Notes: generated by a model from the letters alone, not told the origin. Numbered from the stretch's first letter, positions 18,098 through 29,979 are shown. The stretch is DNA of 64,000 nt from Candidatus Thiothrix moscowensis (GCA_016292235.1 JAEHNX010000017.1:574-64573); one strand, 5' to 3'. Numbers and translations: made by a program.

Positions 18098-19558
18098 ATG
18101 TTGAAGAAACTTGCACTTCTGGCAGGACTGTGCGCCTGCGTTGGTCATGCGGTTGCGGCTGACCTGTTACCGGAACGCCGCCCGCCGCAGCCCGCCGAGC
18201 TTGCCCTGGTTCGCCACCAGCAAACGCTGGAATTGCCAGCGGACATCACCGCCATGATGCAGCGTTACAACCTGCCTGCCGACAGCCTGAGCGTGTATAT
18301 CCGCGACCTTAACGCCGATGTGCCGATGGTGGTGCATAATGACAAGGTTCCGCGCAATCCGGCATCAGTGATGAAACTGCTGACGACCTGGACGGCACTC
18401 AAGCTGCTCAGCCCTTCCTACACCTGGAAAACCGAAGCCTGGACACGCGGTGAACTCAGGGATGGTGTCCTCAACGGCGATTTGATCCTCAAGGGGTATG
18501 GCGACCCGTTCCTGACGGATGAGGCGTTCCGCCAGTTGTTGCATGACCTGCAACTCAAGGGGCTGAAAGCGATCCGGGGCAATTTGCTGGTGGATAACAG
18601 CTATTTCAGTATTCCGTACCATGATCCCGGTGCTTTCGATAATGAGCCGACCCGCGTGTACAACGCACCACCCTCAGCGCTGATGTTTAACTTTCAGGCG
18701 AACCGTTTCCTGTTTGAAGCCGACGAAAGCAAAGGCGTGGTGAATGTGACCCCATTCCCGCAGATTCCCGGTTTGCAACTGGATAACCGCATGGTGCTGT
18801 CCAAAGGCGAGTGCCGCAAGGAGCATTACCAGCCGGATTTCAAGCAGGAAGGTGCGGTGATGAAAGTGTCAGGCACGTATACAGCGATGTGTGGCAAAAA
18901 CTTTATCCTGCGTGTCATGTCTACCCCGGAAGAACATGTGTTTAATGCCTTCCGCGACATCTGGCATTCACTGGGTGGCGAGTTCGCAGGCAAGTTGCAA
19001 AGCGGGCAGGTGGGGCGGGCTGATGTGTTACTGCATACTCATGAGTCGCGCACGCTGGGTGAGCAAATCCGCTTCATCAACAAGTGGAGCAACAATGTCA
19101 TGACCCGCAACCTGTTCCTGACGCTGGGGGCGAAGGTGCAGGGTGAGCCTGCCACGCTGGAAAAAAGCCGGATGGCGATGGCTGACCTGCTGCAACAGGC
19201 GGGGATTGATTACACCGGCATGGTAGTGGAAAACGGTTCCGGCCTGTCGCGGGTGGAGCGTATCACCGCCCGCCAGTTGGGGCAGTTGCTGGAAACGGCC
19301 TGGCGTGACCCGTACATGCCGGAGTTCATGGCCTCCATGCCGCTGCTGGGGGAAGATGGTACACTGGCAAAACGTTTCCGGGAGGAAGACTTGCGCGGTC
19401 GTAGCCACATGAAAACCGGCACGCTGAACGATGCCAGTGCGATTGCCGGTTACATGCTGACCCGCACCGGCAAGCGGCTGGTGGTGGTGCTGGTGCAAAA
19501 CGGCAAAGGCGGGCATGGTGTGCAGGATGCCATTCTGAAATGGGTATTTGAGCAATAG
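18098..19558 (+). CDS. dacB: D-Ala-D-Ala carboxypeptidase/endopeptidase PBP4
   Basis: PASVMK (SxxK), SNN, KTG; LKGYGDP; NGSGLSR. Confidence 0.93.
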   Translation: MLKKLALLAGLCACVGHAVAADLLPERRPPQPAELALVRHQQTLELPADITAMMQRYNLPADSLSVYIRDLNADVPMVVHNDKVPRNPASVMKLLTTWTALKLLSPSYTWKTEAWTRGELRDGVLNGDLILKGYGDPFLTDEAFRQLLHDLQLKGLKAIRGNLLVDNSYFSIPYHDPGAFDNEPTRVYNAPPSALMFNFQANRFLFEADESKGVVNVTPFPQIPGLQLDNRMVLSKGECRKEHYQPDFKQEGAVMKVSGTYTAMCGKNFILRVMSTPEEHVFNAFRDIWHSLGGEFAGKLQSGQVGRADVLLHTHESRTLGEQIRFINKWSNNVMTRNLFLTLGAKVQGEPATLEKSRMAMADLLQQAGIDYTGMVVENGSGLSRVERITARQLGQLLETAWRDPYMPEFMASMPLLGEDGTLAKRFREEDLRGRSHMKTGTLNDASAIAGYMLTRTGKRLVVVLVQNGKGGHGVQDAILKWVFEQ

Positions 19559-19583
19559 TGACAACAAGAGGTAAGGCCGCATC

Positions 19584-21356
19584 ATGAAAAGAATCGTTTG
19601 GGGCTTGTGCCTGCTGGGGGCAAGCGCACCGACAACAGCGGCTTTTTTCCAGCAAACCGAAAAAGAGGCGGCTGCCAAGGCCGAGTCGCCCGTCAAGGTG
19701 ACGGTGCAAGGTGCTGGGGAATCCCTAGCGGAAAACCTCAAGGCATTCATGCCGTCCTTGCGTAACCTGCAATGCGATTCCCCTGCCGAGCGGGTCGGGC
19801 GTTTCATCGAGTCTGCCGAAGAAAAGATGCTGGAAGGGGCGGAAGCGATGGGTTATTACGCCGCCCGTGTCCACATTACTCCGGTGCAACAGGCCAACTG
19901 TCTGGCACTGAATGTGGCAGTGCAACCCGGCGAGCCGGTCAAAGTGACCCAGGTGGAGGTACAGGTGACAGGTGAAGGGGTTGACTTGCCCGCTTTTCGT
20001 GAGATTGCCGCCAAGCCGCCTTACCAGCCGGGTGAGGTGCTGGTGCACCAGCCGTATGAAGATTTCAAGACCAGCCTCAGCCGTACCGCCAACAATCTGG
20101 GCTTTTTCGATGCGCAATACCTGAGCCGCGAAATCCGCGTCAACCCGGATACCCGCCAGGCGCAAGTGCAAGTGCATTTCGATACTGGCAAGCGTTACCG
20201 CATTGGGCAGGTCACGGTGGCGCAGGACATCCTCGACCAGAAACGCCTGAAGCGCTATATCCGCCTGCGTGAGGGCGACACCTTTGATGTGGAAGCCATC
20301 CTCAAGCAGCAGCGCATTCTGGAAGGCAGCAGTTTCTACAGCGATGTGCAGGTCAACAGCCGTTTCCGTGATGCCAAAGACGGCAAGGTTCCGGTCGAAA
20401 TCACGGCTGATCGCCGCAAGCGTTACAGCTATACCGGCAAGCTGGGTTACGGCACGGATACCGGGGTGCGGGTGGAAGCAGGCATGGACATCCACTGGGT
20501 CAATAGCAAAGGACACAAGATTGCTGCCAAGGGGAAGGCAGGCGTGCGTGAGCAATCGGCTGAAATGACTTACAAGGTTCCGCTGTGGGAACCGGAACAC
20601 GAATACACCAGTGCTTCGATTGGCTGGCGGAAAAGCGATAACGATGACATCAAGAGCAATGCTTTCAAACTCGGTGTCGACTATAACCGGCGCAATGACA
20701 GCGGTTGGCAGCAAACGGTTTTCATCAATTACCTCGATGAAACCACGCAAGTAGTGGGGGAAGAGGCTAGCGAATCACGCCTGACCCTGCTGGGGGCAAG
20801 GGTGAAAAAGACCCAAAGTGATGATCCGTTATTTCCGCGTGATGGCTGGTTGCTGGCGGCGGAAGTGCAGGGGGCGCACAAAAGCCTGTTGAGTGACCAA
20901 AGTGTGTTGCAGGGCAAAGTACAGGGCAAATACCTGCGCACCCTGTCCAACCAAGGCAAGTTGATTGTACAGGGTTCTGCCGGTTCCACCCTGACCAATG
21001 ATCTGGATGAAATGCCCAAGTCACTACGATTCTTTGCGGGTGGGCAGAATTCGGTGCGCGGTTACGATTTTGAATCCATCGGTGAAACCAATGACGATGA
21101 CGAAGTTGTCGGCGGCAAGCATTCGCTGACAGCCAGTCTCGAATACGAACACCCGCTGGTGGACAAATGGAGTGCAGCAGCTTTTGTCGATGCCGGGGAT
21201 GCGTTTGACCAGCCCGCCGATGCCGCCCTCAAGGTTGGGGTCGGGGTCGGAGTGCGCTGGAAATCACCACTTGGCCCGGTGCGAGCAGATATTGCCGTGC
21301 CAACGGATGATGCCCGTGATCCGCATTTCTATTTCAGCCTGGGGCCTGATTTGTGA
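19584..21356 (+). CDS. tamA: Translocation and assembly module outer-membrane protein TamA
   Basis: POTRA region, GYGTDTG, RFFAGGQNSVRGY, VRWKSPLGPVRADIA, terminal LGPDL. Confidence 0.92.
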   Translation: MKRIVWGLCLLGASAPTTAAFFQQTEKEAAAKAESPVKVTVQGAGESLAENLKAFMPSLRNLQCDSPAERVGRFIESAEEKMLEGAEAMGYYAARVHITPVQQANCLALNVAVQPGEPVKVTQVEVQVTGEGVDLPAFREIAAKPPYQPGEVLVHQPYEDFKTSLSRTANNLGFFDAQYLSREIRVNPDTRQAQVQVHFDTGKRYRIGQVTVAQDILDQKRLKRYIRLREGDTFDVEAILKQQRILEGSSFYSDVQVNSRFRDAKDGKVPVEITADRRKRYSYTGKLGYGTDTGVRVEAGMDIHWVNSKGHKIAAKGKAGVREQSAEMTYKVPLWEPEHEYTSASIGWRKSDNDDIKSNAFKLGVDYNRRNDSGWQQTVFINYLDETTQVVGEEASESRLTLLGARVKKTQSDDPLFPRDGWLLAAEVQGAHKSLLSDQSVLQGKVQGKYLRTLSNQGKLIVQGSAGSTLTNDLDEMPKSLRFFAGGQNSVRGYDFESIGETNDDDEVVGGKHSLTASLEYEHPLVDKWSAAAFVDAGDAFDQPADAALKVGVGVGVRWKSPLGPVRADIAVPTDDARDPHFYFSLGPDL

Positions 21357-24300
21357 GAAAACTGCTGCATTACCTGCTGATCCATCCGCTGGCTGCCCTG
21401 TTGCTGGTGGTATTGCTGCTGTTGGTAACACTGGCATTGCTGGCAAGTTCCAGCAGTGGTACGCGCATTCTTGCCAGCAATCTCCAGCATATTGTGCCGG
21501 GGCTGGAGCTGGCAGGGGTAGACGGGGCATTGCTGCAAGGCATTCATTTGCAACGTTTGCACTGGCAGGATGATACGACACAGGTGGAAGCTGAAGGGGT
21601 GCGTATCAGCAACCGGTTGGAAATTGGCACACCTGCAACCTTGCGGGTGGATGAGCTGCATGTGGACAAGCTGACGCTGCATTTGCAGGGCAGCGGGCAG
21701 GAAGATGCGGCAGATGAGGAGCCGTTTGATCTGCCAACCATCCTGCTGCCGTTCAATGTTGATATGCAGCAGGCTCGGATTGGTTCCATCGAAATCTGGC
21801 AGGATGGCAAACTGCTGCCGGTCTGGCGCAACGTGACGGCACACGGGCATACCCGTGACGGGCGCTTGCAGCTTGACAGCTTGCAGACGCAGGTAGATGA
21901 CGGGCAAGGGCAGGCAACGCTTATAGTGGATGGCAATATGGGGCTTGCCCGCCCGCACCCGCTGGATGTCAATCTTGCGGTGGATTCCACCAATCCGGTC
22001 TGGGGGCTTGGCAAGGGAAAAGCGCATCTGGGCGGGGAGCTGCAACAATACGAGTTGTCGATCGACGTTGACTGGCAATATGCCGCTTACCCACGTTATC
22101 AGGGGCATCTGCAAGGCAAGGGTACACTGGCAAACCTGGTGGTCAACAGCCTGCAACTGGAGGGGGCGGCTGGCAAGGTGACAGGCAAAGGCACACTCGG
22201 CTGGCAGGATGGTTTTTCTTGGCAGGCTGACCTGAACGGAACTGCCCTCAACCCGGCTCCTTTCGTCAAGGATATGCCCGCCCAACTGGATGCCAGTCTG
22301 GTTTCCAGTGGTACATGGCGTGACGGCAAACCCAACCTCACCTTGGAAGTCAGCAAGTTGCAGGGCAAGCTGCGTGATTACCCGGTGGATGTGAAAGGTA
22401 AAGGGGCGTGGGATGGTAAATTGCTGGCATTGCAATCACTGGATGCCTGGGTCGGTGGCAATCATGCCGAACTCAGCGGGCAAGCCAGTGAACCTTTCGA
22501 TCTGCGTTGGAAAGTGGATGCCCGCAATCTGGCTGAAGTCTGGCGTGGGCTGGAGGGGGGTGTAAAAGGTGAGGGAATCCTCAAGGGGACGCTTGCCAAA
22601 CCGGTTATTCAGGCTGACCTGCAAGGCAGCAAGTTGCGCTATCAGGATTTTCGGCTTGGCTCACTGGAACTGAAGGCAACCCAGGAGGGTGAGCGTTACA
22701 ACCTCAAAGGGGTGCTGCAAGCCTTTAAAAACGGTAACAACGAACTTAAGTCAGCCACGCTCGACGGGCAGGGCAGTATCGACAACCACCGGCTTGTTGC
22801 CCAATTGGTTCATGCTGACGGCAAGGCCGATTTCACCGCCAATGGTGGCTGGAAAGACGGTGCATGGCAAGGGAGTGTGCAAAACCTGTCATTGCGTGAT
22901 ACGCCCGCTGGTAACTGGAACATGGCGGGGGCTGTCAATCTGGCTGCTTCCGCTAGTGCCTTCAGCAGTTCAGACATTTGCCTGAGCAATCCGGCGGGGG
23001 CAAAAGTGTGTGGTAAACCGGCATGGGCGCAGCGTGAGGGTTTTAGCATCAATGGTACGTTGCAACAGTTTCCGCTGGTCATGTTGAAAACGTGGCTACC
23101 GGACACCATCAGCCTGCCGGGTTCTGCCAATGCCGAGTACCGTTTTGCCCAGTCCGGTGGCAAGCCTGTGGCAAAACTCAGCCTGCGTTTGCCAGATAGT
23201 AGCTTGGGGCTGCATGACGGCAAGGGTAAAACTGAAACCTTGCAGTATGCCAATGCCAAAGCCGAGCTGGATTTACATGATCGTCAGGCTGATGTGCAAG
23301 CCAGCCTGGATTTGTTGAAGCGGGGAACCTTGCGAGCCAACGGTCAAGTAACGCTGTCACCACAGGACGGGCCGCATCGGTTGAATGCCAACATCAAGGT
23401 TGATGTACCGGACATTGGTTGGCTGGAACAGTTTTCCACGCAGATTGACCAGTTGAAAGGGCAAGTTGGCGGCGATGTGCAGGTTTCCGGCTTGCTTGCC
23501 AGCCCGAACATTACCGGCAGTGCTCGCTTGAGCAACGGTCAGGTGCATTTGCCGGAAGCAGGCGTGACCCTGGATGCCATTACCCTCACCATGCAGGCGG
23601 ATGGAGCAGATCGTGCCAACCTTGTCGGTACATTGCGGGCAGGGCAGGGAACCCTGAATGCCACTGGTGTGTTGTCGCTGGCAAATCTTCCCAATTGGCA
23701 GGCTGATGTCAAGCTGACAGGCAATAACCTGCGGCTGATGGATACCCACGAGATACAGGCACTGGTTTCACCCAATCTGCATATCCAGGCCAGCCCGGTA
23801 GATGTGAACATCACGGGTGTGGTGCAAGTGCCCGAAACCACGGTCAGCTTGCGTGAGTTTCCGGCAAGTGCCAAGGTGCGTTCAGGGGATGTGGTCATCG
23901 TCGGGCGCAATGCCACCCGCCAAGCCACAACCCTACTGGTCAAGGAAACACCGCTGAATATCAATCCCGATGTCAGTATCGAACTGGGCGACAAGGTGCA
24001 ATTCACAGGGTTTGGGCTAGATGCCCGCCTGACCGGCAAACTGCGGGTGTTGCGTACCCGTCAGGACATCGTGGCACAGGGTGTGCTGAACGTGGAGGGT
24101 GGCACGTATAAGGCTTACGGGCAAAATTTGCAAATCGAACGCGGCAGGTTGCTGTTCAATGGCCCAGTGGATAATCCGGGGCTGGACGTGCGGGCGGTGC
24201 GGGAAGTCGAGGATGGTGATATTCAGGTTGGTATGGAACTCGCGGGTACAGTCAAGCGCCCTGAATCCACGCTGTTTTCCAGTCCGCAACAAAGCCAGAG

Positions 24301-24685
24301 CGATACGCTTAGCTATCTGTTGACGGGCAGGGCAATGTCGACTGTTAGCGGCGACCAATCATCCTTGCTGATGGACGCCATTACCGGGCTTGGTATTGCC
24401 GGTGGTGAAGGTCTGGCACGGCAAATTGGCGGTAATCTCGGGCTGGATGAGGTGGGGTTGAAAGCCAAAAACGGCAGTTTTGAGCAAAGCGAGCTGTCAC
24501 TGGGCAAGCGTCTGGGGCCGCGCTTGTATGTGCGCTATATCGTCAGCCTGTTTGATTCCCTGCAACGGGTAGCAATCACCTACCAGATCAACAAGCGTTT
24601 ACAGGTTCAGGCCGAAACCGGCATCCAGCAGGGTGTTGACCTCATTTACAAGATTGATACCAATAAGGGGCCACTAGGGCCGTGA
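21353..24685 (+). CDS. tamB: Translocation and assembly module TamB
   Basis: N-terminal anchor, beta-taco repeats, DUF490-like C-terminus (YKAYGQNLQIERG, LGKRL.PRLYVRY); overlaps tamA. Confidence 0.9.
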   Translation: MRKLLHYLLIHPLAALLLVVLLLLVTLALLASSSSGTRILASNLQHIVPGLELAGVDGALLQGIHLQRLHWQDDTTQVEAEGVRISNRLEIGTPATLRVDELHVDKLTLHLQGSGQEDAADEEPFDLPTILLPFNVDMQQARIGSIEIWQDGKLLPVWRNVTAHGHTRDGRLQLDSLQTQVDDGQGQATLIVDGNMGLARPHPLDVNLAVDSTNPVWGLGKGKAHLGGELQQYELSIDVDWQYAAYPRYQGHLQGKGTLANLVVNSLQLEGAAGKVTGKGTLGWQDGFSWQADLNGTALNPAPFVKDMPAQLDASLVSSGTWRDGKPNLTLEVSKLQGKLRDYPVDVKGKGAWDGKLLALQSLDAWVGGNHAELSGQASEPFDLRWKVDARNLAEVWRGLEGGVKGEGILKGTLAKPVIQADLQGSKLRYQDFRLGSLELKATQEGERYNLKGVLQAFKNGNNELKSATLDGQGSIDNHRLVAQLVHADGKADFTANGGWKDGAWQGSVQNLSLRDTPAGNWNMAGAVNLAASASAFSSSDICLSNPAGAKVCGKPAWAQREGFSINGTLQQFPLVMLKTWLPDTISLPGSANAEYRFAQSGGKPVAKLSLRLPDSSLGLHDGKGKTETLQYANAKAELDLHDRQADVQASLDLLKRGTLRANGQVTLSPQDGPHRLNANIKVDVPDIGWLEQFSTQIDQLKGQVGGDVQVSGLLASPNITGSARLSNGQVHLPEAGVTLDAITLTMQADGADRANLVGTLRAGQGTLNATGVLSLANLPNWQADVKLTGNNLRLMDTHEIQALVSPNLHIQASPVDVNITGVVQVPETTVSLREFPASAKVRSGDVVIVGRNATRQATTLLVKETPLNINPDVSIELGDKVQFTGFGLDARLTGKLRVLRTRQDIVAQGVLNVEGGTYKAYGQNLQIERGRLLFNGPVDNPGLDVRAVREVEDGDIQVGMELAGTVKRPESTLFSSPQQSQSDTLSYLLTGRAMSTVSGDQSSLLMDAITGLGIAGGEGLARQIGGNLGLDEVGLKAKNGSFEQSELSLGKRLGPRLYVRYIVSLFDSLQRVAITYQINKRLQVQAETGIQQGVDLIYKIDTNKGPLGP

Positions 24686-24758
24686 GATAGAATTTGCTTG
24701 CAGGAGAATGGCTTGGATGACGGCAGGAAAATAATACAAGGTTATGGAATTTTAAGTG

Positions 24759-24787
24759 TTGACAAGAAGGTCGGTTTCACTCACAAT
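24759..24787 (+). promoter_or_regulatory. Sigma70 promoter of the tRNA-tuf operon
   Basis: TTGACA-17 nt-CACAAT followed by a GC-rich discriminator TTGCGCC. Confidence 0.75.
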
Positions 24788-24803
24788 TTGCGCCTTTCCA
24801 GTC

Positions 24804-24888
<85 letters not shown>

Positions 24889-24956
24889 TATTTTATTGGT
24901 TTACACGTTCAGCTTGATTCATATCGTCATGCGGTGTGGGCAAAAAAAAGCTTCAG

Positions 24957-25030
<74 letters not shown>

Positions 25031-25059
25031 AATTCTGGCTGAGTCGTTAGATAGTTTTT

Positions 25060-25135
<76 letters not shown>

Positions 25136-25170
25136 GTTATTGAAAAGAATTTAACGGGAAGTTATCGAAA

Positions 25171-26361
25171 ATGGCAAAAGGTAAATTTGAACGCACGAAG
25201 CCGCACGTGAACGTAGGGACGATCGGTCACGTTGACCACGGCAAAACCACTCTGACCGCAGCGCTGACTGTCGTACAGTCCCGCAAGTTCGGTGGTGAAG
25301 CCAAAGCATACGACCAGATCGACGCAGCACCAGAAGAAAAGGCACGTGGTATCACTATCTCCACTGCTCACGTTGAATACGAATCTGACAATCGCCACTA
25401 CGCGCACGTAGACTGCCCAGGGCACGCTGACTATGTGAAAAACATGATCACTGGTGCAGCGCAAATGGACGGCGCCATTCTGGTATGTTCCGCTGCTGAC
25501 GGCCCAATGCCGCAGACCCGTGAGCACATCCTGTTGTCTCGTCAGGTAGGTGTGCCTTACATCGTTGTTTACATGAACAAGTGTGACCTGGTTGATGACG
25601 AAGAGCTGCTGGAACTGGTTGAAATGGAACTGCGTGAGCTGCTCTCCAGCTACGACTTCCCTGGTGACGACACCCCAATCATCAAGGGTTCTGCCCGTGC
25701 AGCCTTGGAAGGTGATCAATCCGAGATCGGCGAGCCATCCATCGCCCGCCTGATTGATGCGCTGGACAGCTATATCCCTGAGCCAGAACGCGCGGTTGAC
25801 GGCACTTTCCTGATGCCGGTAGAAGACGTATTCTCCATCTCCGGTCGTGGTACTGTCGTAACAGGCCGTATCGAGCGTGGTGTCATTAAAGTTGGTGAGT
25901 CCATCGAAATCGTTGGTATCCGTGCCAGCCAAACCACCACCGTTACCGGCGTGGAAATGTTCCGCAAGCTGCTTGATCAAGGTATGGCAGGTGACAACGT
26001 AGGTCTGTTGCTGCGCGGTACCAAACGTGACGACGTAGAGCGTGGTCAAGTACTGTGCAAACCAGGCTCCATCAAGCCGCATACCAAATTTGAAGCAGAA
26101 ATTTACGTTCTGTCCAAGGAAGAAGGTGGTCGTCACACCCCGTTCTTCAAAGGCTACCGTCCACAATTCTACTTCCGTACCACCGACGTAACAGGCGCTT
26201 GCGACCTGCCGGAAGGTGTGGAAATGGTAATGCCGGGCGATAACGTCAAGCTGGTTGTCAGTCTGATCAATCCGATCGCGATGGAAGAAGGTCTGCGCTT
26301 CGCCATCCGTGAAGGTGGTCGTACTGTTGGTGCCGGTGTTGTTGCTAAAATCATTGAGTAA
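25171..26361 (+). CDS. tuf: Elongation factor Tu (copy 1)
   Basis: [17 protein letters not shown]. Confidence 0.99.
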   Translation: MAKGKFERTKPHVNVGTIGHVDHGKTTLTAALTVVQSRKFGGEAKAYDQIDAAPEEKARGITISTAHVEYESDNRHYAHVDCPGHADYVKNMITGAAQMDGAILVCSAADGPMPQTREHILLSRQVGVPYIVVYMNKCDLVDDEELLELVEMELRELLSSYDFPGDDTPIIKGSARAALEGDQSEIGEPSIARLIDALDSYIPEPERAVDGTFLMPVEDVFSISGRGTVVTGRIERGVIKVGESIEIVGIRASQTTTVTGVEMFRKLLDQGMAGDNVGLLLRGTKRDDVERGQVLCKPGSIKPHTKFEAEIYVLSKEEGGRHTPFFKGYRPQFYFRTTDVTGACDLPEGVEMVMPGDNVKLVVSLINPIAMEEGLRFAIREGGRTVGAGVVAKIIE

Positions 26362-26419
26362 GTAATTACTTGTGTTTTGAAGGGGTGGGGAGTATGCTCC
26401 CTACTCTTTCTGCTTTTAC

Positions 26420-26495
26420 AGGTCAATAGCTCAATTGGCAGAGCAGCGGTTTCCAAAACCGCAGGTTGGGGGTTCGATTCCCTCTTGGCCTGCCA
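26420..26495 (+). tRNA. tRNA-Trp(CCA)
   Basis: AGGTCAA/TTGGCCT acceptor stem, loop TTCCAAA, GGTTCGATTCC, CCA end. Confidence 0.96.
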
Positions 26496-26585
26496 TCTTT
26501 TCAGATGGCTTTGGATAACAAATTGTTTTGTACAAAGCAGTCTCTTGTCCAAAGTCATTCGACTGTCAGGTTTGGTGAAAATAAA

Positions 26586-26978
26586 ATGTCAGATCATACC
26601 GAAGAACAGGGCTCATCGCTTGATACGGTAAAGCTCGTCATTGCACTCGCGCTGCTACTGGCAGGAATCGCGGGTTTTTACTATTTTGAGACTTGGCAAG
26701 GTGAGCAGGTTTCCTTGCTGCTGCGCGTGGTTGGTCTGTTGGTCGTGGCAGGGGCGGGAGCTGCGGTTGCGCTGACCACTCAAACGGGTCGTTCGTTGGT
26801 GGGTTTCATGAAGGATTCCCGCCTTGAAGTGCGCAAAATGGTATGGCCTACGCGTGATGAAACCCTGAAGACGACGCTTATGGTGATGGTTATCGTTCTG
26901 ATCCTTTCCATTTTTCTTTGGATTGTTGACTCACTGCTCGGCTGGGGTGTCCAAAGCTTGTTGGGAGGCGTTTCCTGA
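26586..26978 (+). CDS. secE: Preprotein translocase SecE
   Basis: Three TM segments, [13 protein letters not shown]; position between tRNA-Trp and nusG. Confidence 0.95.
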   Translation: MSDHTEEQGSSLDTVKLVIALALLLAGIAGFYYFETWQGEQVSLLLRVVGLLVVAGAGAAVALTTQTGRSLVGFMKDSRLEVRKMVWPTRDETLKTTLMVMVIVLILSIFLWIVDSLLGWGVQSLLGGVS

Positions 26979-27511
26979 TGGCTAAGCGATGGTTTGTAGT
27001 TCAGGCTTATTCCGGCTTTGAGAATCAGGTAAAGCGTTCTTTGGAAGAGCGCATTGTGCGTTTTGGCTTGCAGGATGCTTTTGGTCATGTGCTGGTGCCG
27101 ACCGAAGAGGTCGTTGAAATGCGTGATGGGCAAAAGCGGCGCAGTGAGCGCAAGTTTTTCCCTGGCTATGTGCTGGTCGAAATGGACATGAATGATGATA
27201 CTTGGCATATGGTGAAAGAAACACCGAAAGTGCTGGGTTTCATCGGGGGCAAGGCTGATAAGCCTGCACCCATTACACAGAAAGAAGTCGACAATATCAT
27301 GCGCCGTGTTGAAGAAGGTGCAGAAAAACCGCGTCCCAAAGTCTTGTTTGATGCGGGTGAAGTGGTGCGTGTTACTGATGGGCCATTTAAGGACTTCAAC
27401 GGCGTTGTCGAAGAAGCTAACTATGAAAAAAACCGCCTGTTGGTCGCAGTGCAGATTTTTGGTCGCTCAACGCCCGTTGAGCTTGAGTTCTACCAGGTCG
27501 AAAAAACCTGA
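26978..27511 (+). CDS. nusG: Transcription termination/antitermination factor NusG
   Basis: [23 protein letters not shown] domain, [10 protein letters not shown]. Confidence 0.98.
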   Translation: MAKRWFVVQAYSGFENQVKRSLEERIVRFGLQDAFGHVLVPTEEVVEMRDGQKRRSERKFFPGYVLVEMDMNDDTWHMVKETPKVLGFIGGKADKPAPITQKEVDNIMRRVEEGAEKPRPKVLFDAGEVVRVTDGPFKDFNGVVEEANYEKNRLLVAVQIFGRSTPVELEFYQVEKT

Positions 27512-27522
27512 CTTGGTAGCTA

Positions 27523-27547
27523 GGGGAGCCGTAAGGCGTTATCACCC
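27523..27547 (+). promoter_or_regulatory. rplK leader, probable L1-binding autoregulatory site
   Basis: GGGGAGCC-GTAA-GGCGTTATCACCC directly upstream of rplK. Confidence 0.55.
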
Positions 27548-27566
27548 GTTTATATAGGAAACTATC

Positions 27567-27998
27567 ATGGCAAAGAAAGTCATTGGCTATATCAAGCTGC
27601 AAGTTCCGGCTGGTAAAGCAAATCCAAGTCCACCTATCGGTCCTGCGCTGGGTCAGCGTGGTCTGAATATCATGGAATTCTGCAAGGCATTCAACGCTGC
27701 TACGCAGGGTATGGAAGTTGGTTTGCCAACTCCAGTGGTAATTACGGCGTATAGCGACAAAAGCTTTACGTTTGTTATGAAAACCACGCCAGCTTCTGTT
27801 TTGCTCAAAAAGGCAGTAGGCATCAAGTCTGGCAGCGCCCGCCCTAACAGTAACAAGGTTGGCAAGGTTAACCGTGCCCAACTGGAAGAAATCGCCAAGA
27901 CCAAGACGCCAGACCTGACGGCTGCTTCCATGGATGCGGCGGTACGTACCATTGCAGGCACCGCCCGCAGCATGGGTCTTGAAGTGGAGGGGGTGTAA
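27567..27998 (+). CDS. rplK: 50S ribosomal protein L11
   Basis: [21 protein letters not shown]. Confidence 0.98.
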   Translation: MAKKVIGYIKLQVPAGKANPSPPIGPALGQRGLNIMEFCKAFNAATQGMEVGLPTPVVITAYSDKSFTFVMKTTPASVLLKKAVGIKSGSARPNSNKVGKVNRAQLEEIAKTKTPDLTAASMDAAVRTIAGTARSMGLEVEGV

Positions 27999-27999
27999 G

Positions 28000-28695
28000 A
28001 TGGCAAAGCTGACCAAACGTCAAAAAGCAATCGCTGAGAAAGTTAATACCAACAAGTCTTATGCGCTGGCTGAAGCTCTGGATACCCTGAAATCCCTGCC
28101 GCGTGCCAAGTTTGTTGAAAGCGTTGATGTAAGTATCAATTTGGGTGTTGATCCACGTAAATCCGATCAAGTTGTACGTGGTTCTACCGTATTGCCAAAT
28201 GGTAATGGCAAAACTGTCCGTGTTGCAGTTTTTGCTCAGGGTGCGAACGTTGAAGCTGCCAAGGCAGCAGGCGCAGACATCGTGGGTTTTGATGATCTGG
28301 CTGCCGAAATCAAGGCGGGCAAAATGGACTTCGATGTGGTCATCGCCAGTCCTGACGCGATGCGTGTCGTCGGTCAACTGGGTCAAATCCTTGGTCCGCG
28401 CGGCTTGATGCCAAACCCGAAAGTCGGCACTGTGACCCCTGATGTGGCAGGTGCTGTGCGTAATGCTAAGGCTGGTCAGGTGCGTTACCGTACTGACAAG
28501 GCCGGTATCATCCATTGTTCCGTAGGTAATGTGGATTTCGATACCGACAAACTGGCCGGTAACATCAATGCGCTGGTGGCGGATCTGGTAAAACTGAAGC
28601 CGTCTACCTCCAAGGGTGTTTATCTGAAGAAAGTTGCTGTGTCCACCACAATGGGGACAGGTTTGACAGTTGATGGTGCATCACTGTCTTACTAA
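28000..28695 (+). CDS. rplA: 50S ribosomal protein L1
   Basis: [25 protein letters not shown]; ATG at 28000. Confidence 0.98.
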   Translation: MAKLTKRQKAIAEKVNTNKSYALAEALDTLKSLPRAKFVESVDVSINLGVDPRKSDQVVRGSTVLPNGNGKTVRVAVFAQGANVEAAKAAGADIVGFDDLAAEIKAGKMDFDVVIASPDAMRVVGQLGQILGPRGLMPNPKVGTVTPDVAGAVRNAKAGQVRYRTDKAGIIHCSVGNVDFDTDKLAGNINALVADLVKLKPSTSKGVYLKKVAVSTTMGTGLTVDGASLSY

Positions 28696-28780
28696 CTGAT
28701 TTGGAGCCGTGAAGGCTCCATCTCCCTGCTTTCATGGATGAAAGCTGCCGCAAGGCAATAAAGATATACATGGATGTATG

Positions 28781-28860
28781 TCGTCAAAGACCGCAGGTGT
28801 TTTCCAAAAACTTAATGGTTCTGCCTTTCGCTGAAGTGGTAGAGAACCTGCGCAGATGGC
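28781..28860 (+). promoter_or_regulatory. L10 leader (rplJL autoregulatory RNA)
   Basis: AAGACCGCAGG...TTAA...CCTGCGCAGATGG signature upstream of rplJ. Confidence 0.75.
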
Positions 28861-28967
28861 GTTACCCGAGTCAGTAAGATGGTTTGGGACGCTGTTTCCT
28901 TCACAAGCCGGAAAGCGGCAAGTGATCGATAAATGGCGGAATGTCCGCCAAACCAGGAGTAGATAAC

Positions 28968-29486
28968 GTGGCATTAACACTGCAAGAGAAAAAAGAGATT
29001 GTCTCTGAAGTGGCCGCAGTTGCTGCAAGTGCTCATTCCATGGTGGCTGCCGAGTACCGTGGATTGACCGTAGGGCAACTCACCACGCTGCGCCAAAACG
29101 CACGCAAGGGTGGGGTGTATCTGCGGGTCGTAAAGAACAATCTGGCGCGTATCGCCGTCAAGGACACTGCATTTGAATGTGTTCAGGATGGTCTGGTAGG
29201 TCCGCTGGTACTGGCGTTTTCCCAGGAAGATCCAGGTTCTGCGGCGCGTCTGATCAAGGAGTTCAAGAAAGACAAAGCCAACGACAAGATGGAAGTCAAG
29301 TTCGTCGCTATCGACGGCAAAATGCTTCCTGCTTCTGAGTTGGAACGTCTGGCGAAACTGCCGACACGCGATCAGGCACTGGCCACCTTGGCCGCTGTCC
29401 TGCGTGCTCCGCTCGACAAGTTCGCACGTACCCTTGCTGCATTGCGTGACCAAAAAGCTGAAGCCGCTGGCATCAGTTTGGATTGA
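28968..29486 (+). CDS. rplJ: 50S ribosomal protein L10
   Basis: AEYRGLTV, RVVKNNLAR, LAKLPTR; GTG start behind CAGGAG. Confidence 0.97.
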   Translation: MALTLQEKKEIVSEVAAVAASAHSMVAAEYRGLTVGQLTTLRQNARKGGVYLRVVKNNLARIAVKDTAFECVQDGLVGPLVLAFSQEDPGSAARLIKEFKKDKANDKMEVKFVAIDGKMLPASELERLAKLPTRDQALATLAAVLRAPLDKFARTLAALRDQKAEAAGISLD

Positions 29487-29519
29487 TCTGATTACTGATT
29501 TAGGTTTTGGAGAATCAAA

Positions 29520-29897
29520 ATGGCTTGTACTAAAGAAGATATGTTGGAAACCTTTGCCAACATGACTGTAACTGAAATCGTTGACCTGATTTCAGCGATT
29601 GAAGAAAAATTCGGTGTTACTGCTGCGGTTGCAGTAGCTGCTGGTCCTGCTGCTGGCGGTGAAGCTGCTCCTGCGGTTGAAGAGCAAACCGAATTCAACG
29701 TTGTTATGACCAGCTTCGGCGCGAATAAGATCAACGTTATCAAGGTTGTTCGTGGCGCGACCGGTCTGGGTCTGAAAGAAGCGAAAGACATGGTTGAAGG
29801 CGTTCCTTCCGTTGTTAAGGAAGCCGCTAGCAAGGACGAAGCAGAAAAGCTCAAGAAAGAACTGGAAGAAGCAGGCGCAACTGTCGAACTCAAGTAA
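29520..29897 (+). CDS. rplL: 50S ribosomal protein L7/L12
   Basis: [23 protein letters not shown]. Confidence 0.98.
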   Translation: MACTKEDMLETFANMTVTEIVDLISAIEEKFGVTAAVAVAAGPAAGGEAAPAVEEQTEFNVVMTSFGANKINVIKVVRGATGLGLKEAKDMVEGVPSVVKEAASKDEAEKLKKELEEAGATVELK

Positions 29898-29945
29898 TAC
29901 TGAGGGTTGGCATGTTGAACTGCAATTAGTTCTTACATACCTTGC

Positions 29946-29979
29946 AGGCTGGCAGCGTATCTTGCGCTGTCAGCCTTTT
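29946..29979 (+). terminator. rplL-rpoB attenuator/terminator
   Basis: AGGCTGGCAGCG-TATCTTG-CGCTGTCAGCCT-TTTG, 12-bp stem. Confidence 0.75.
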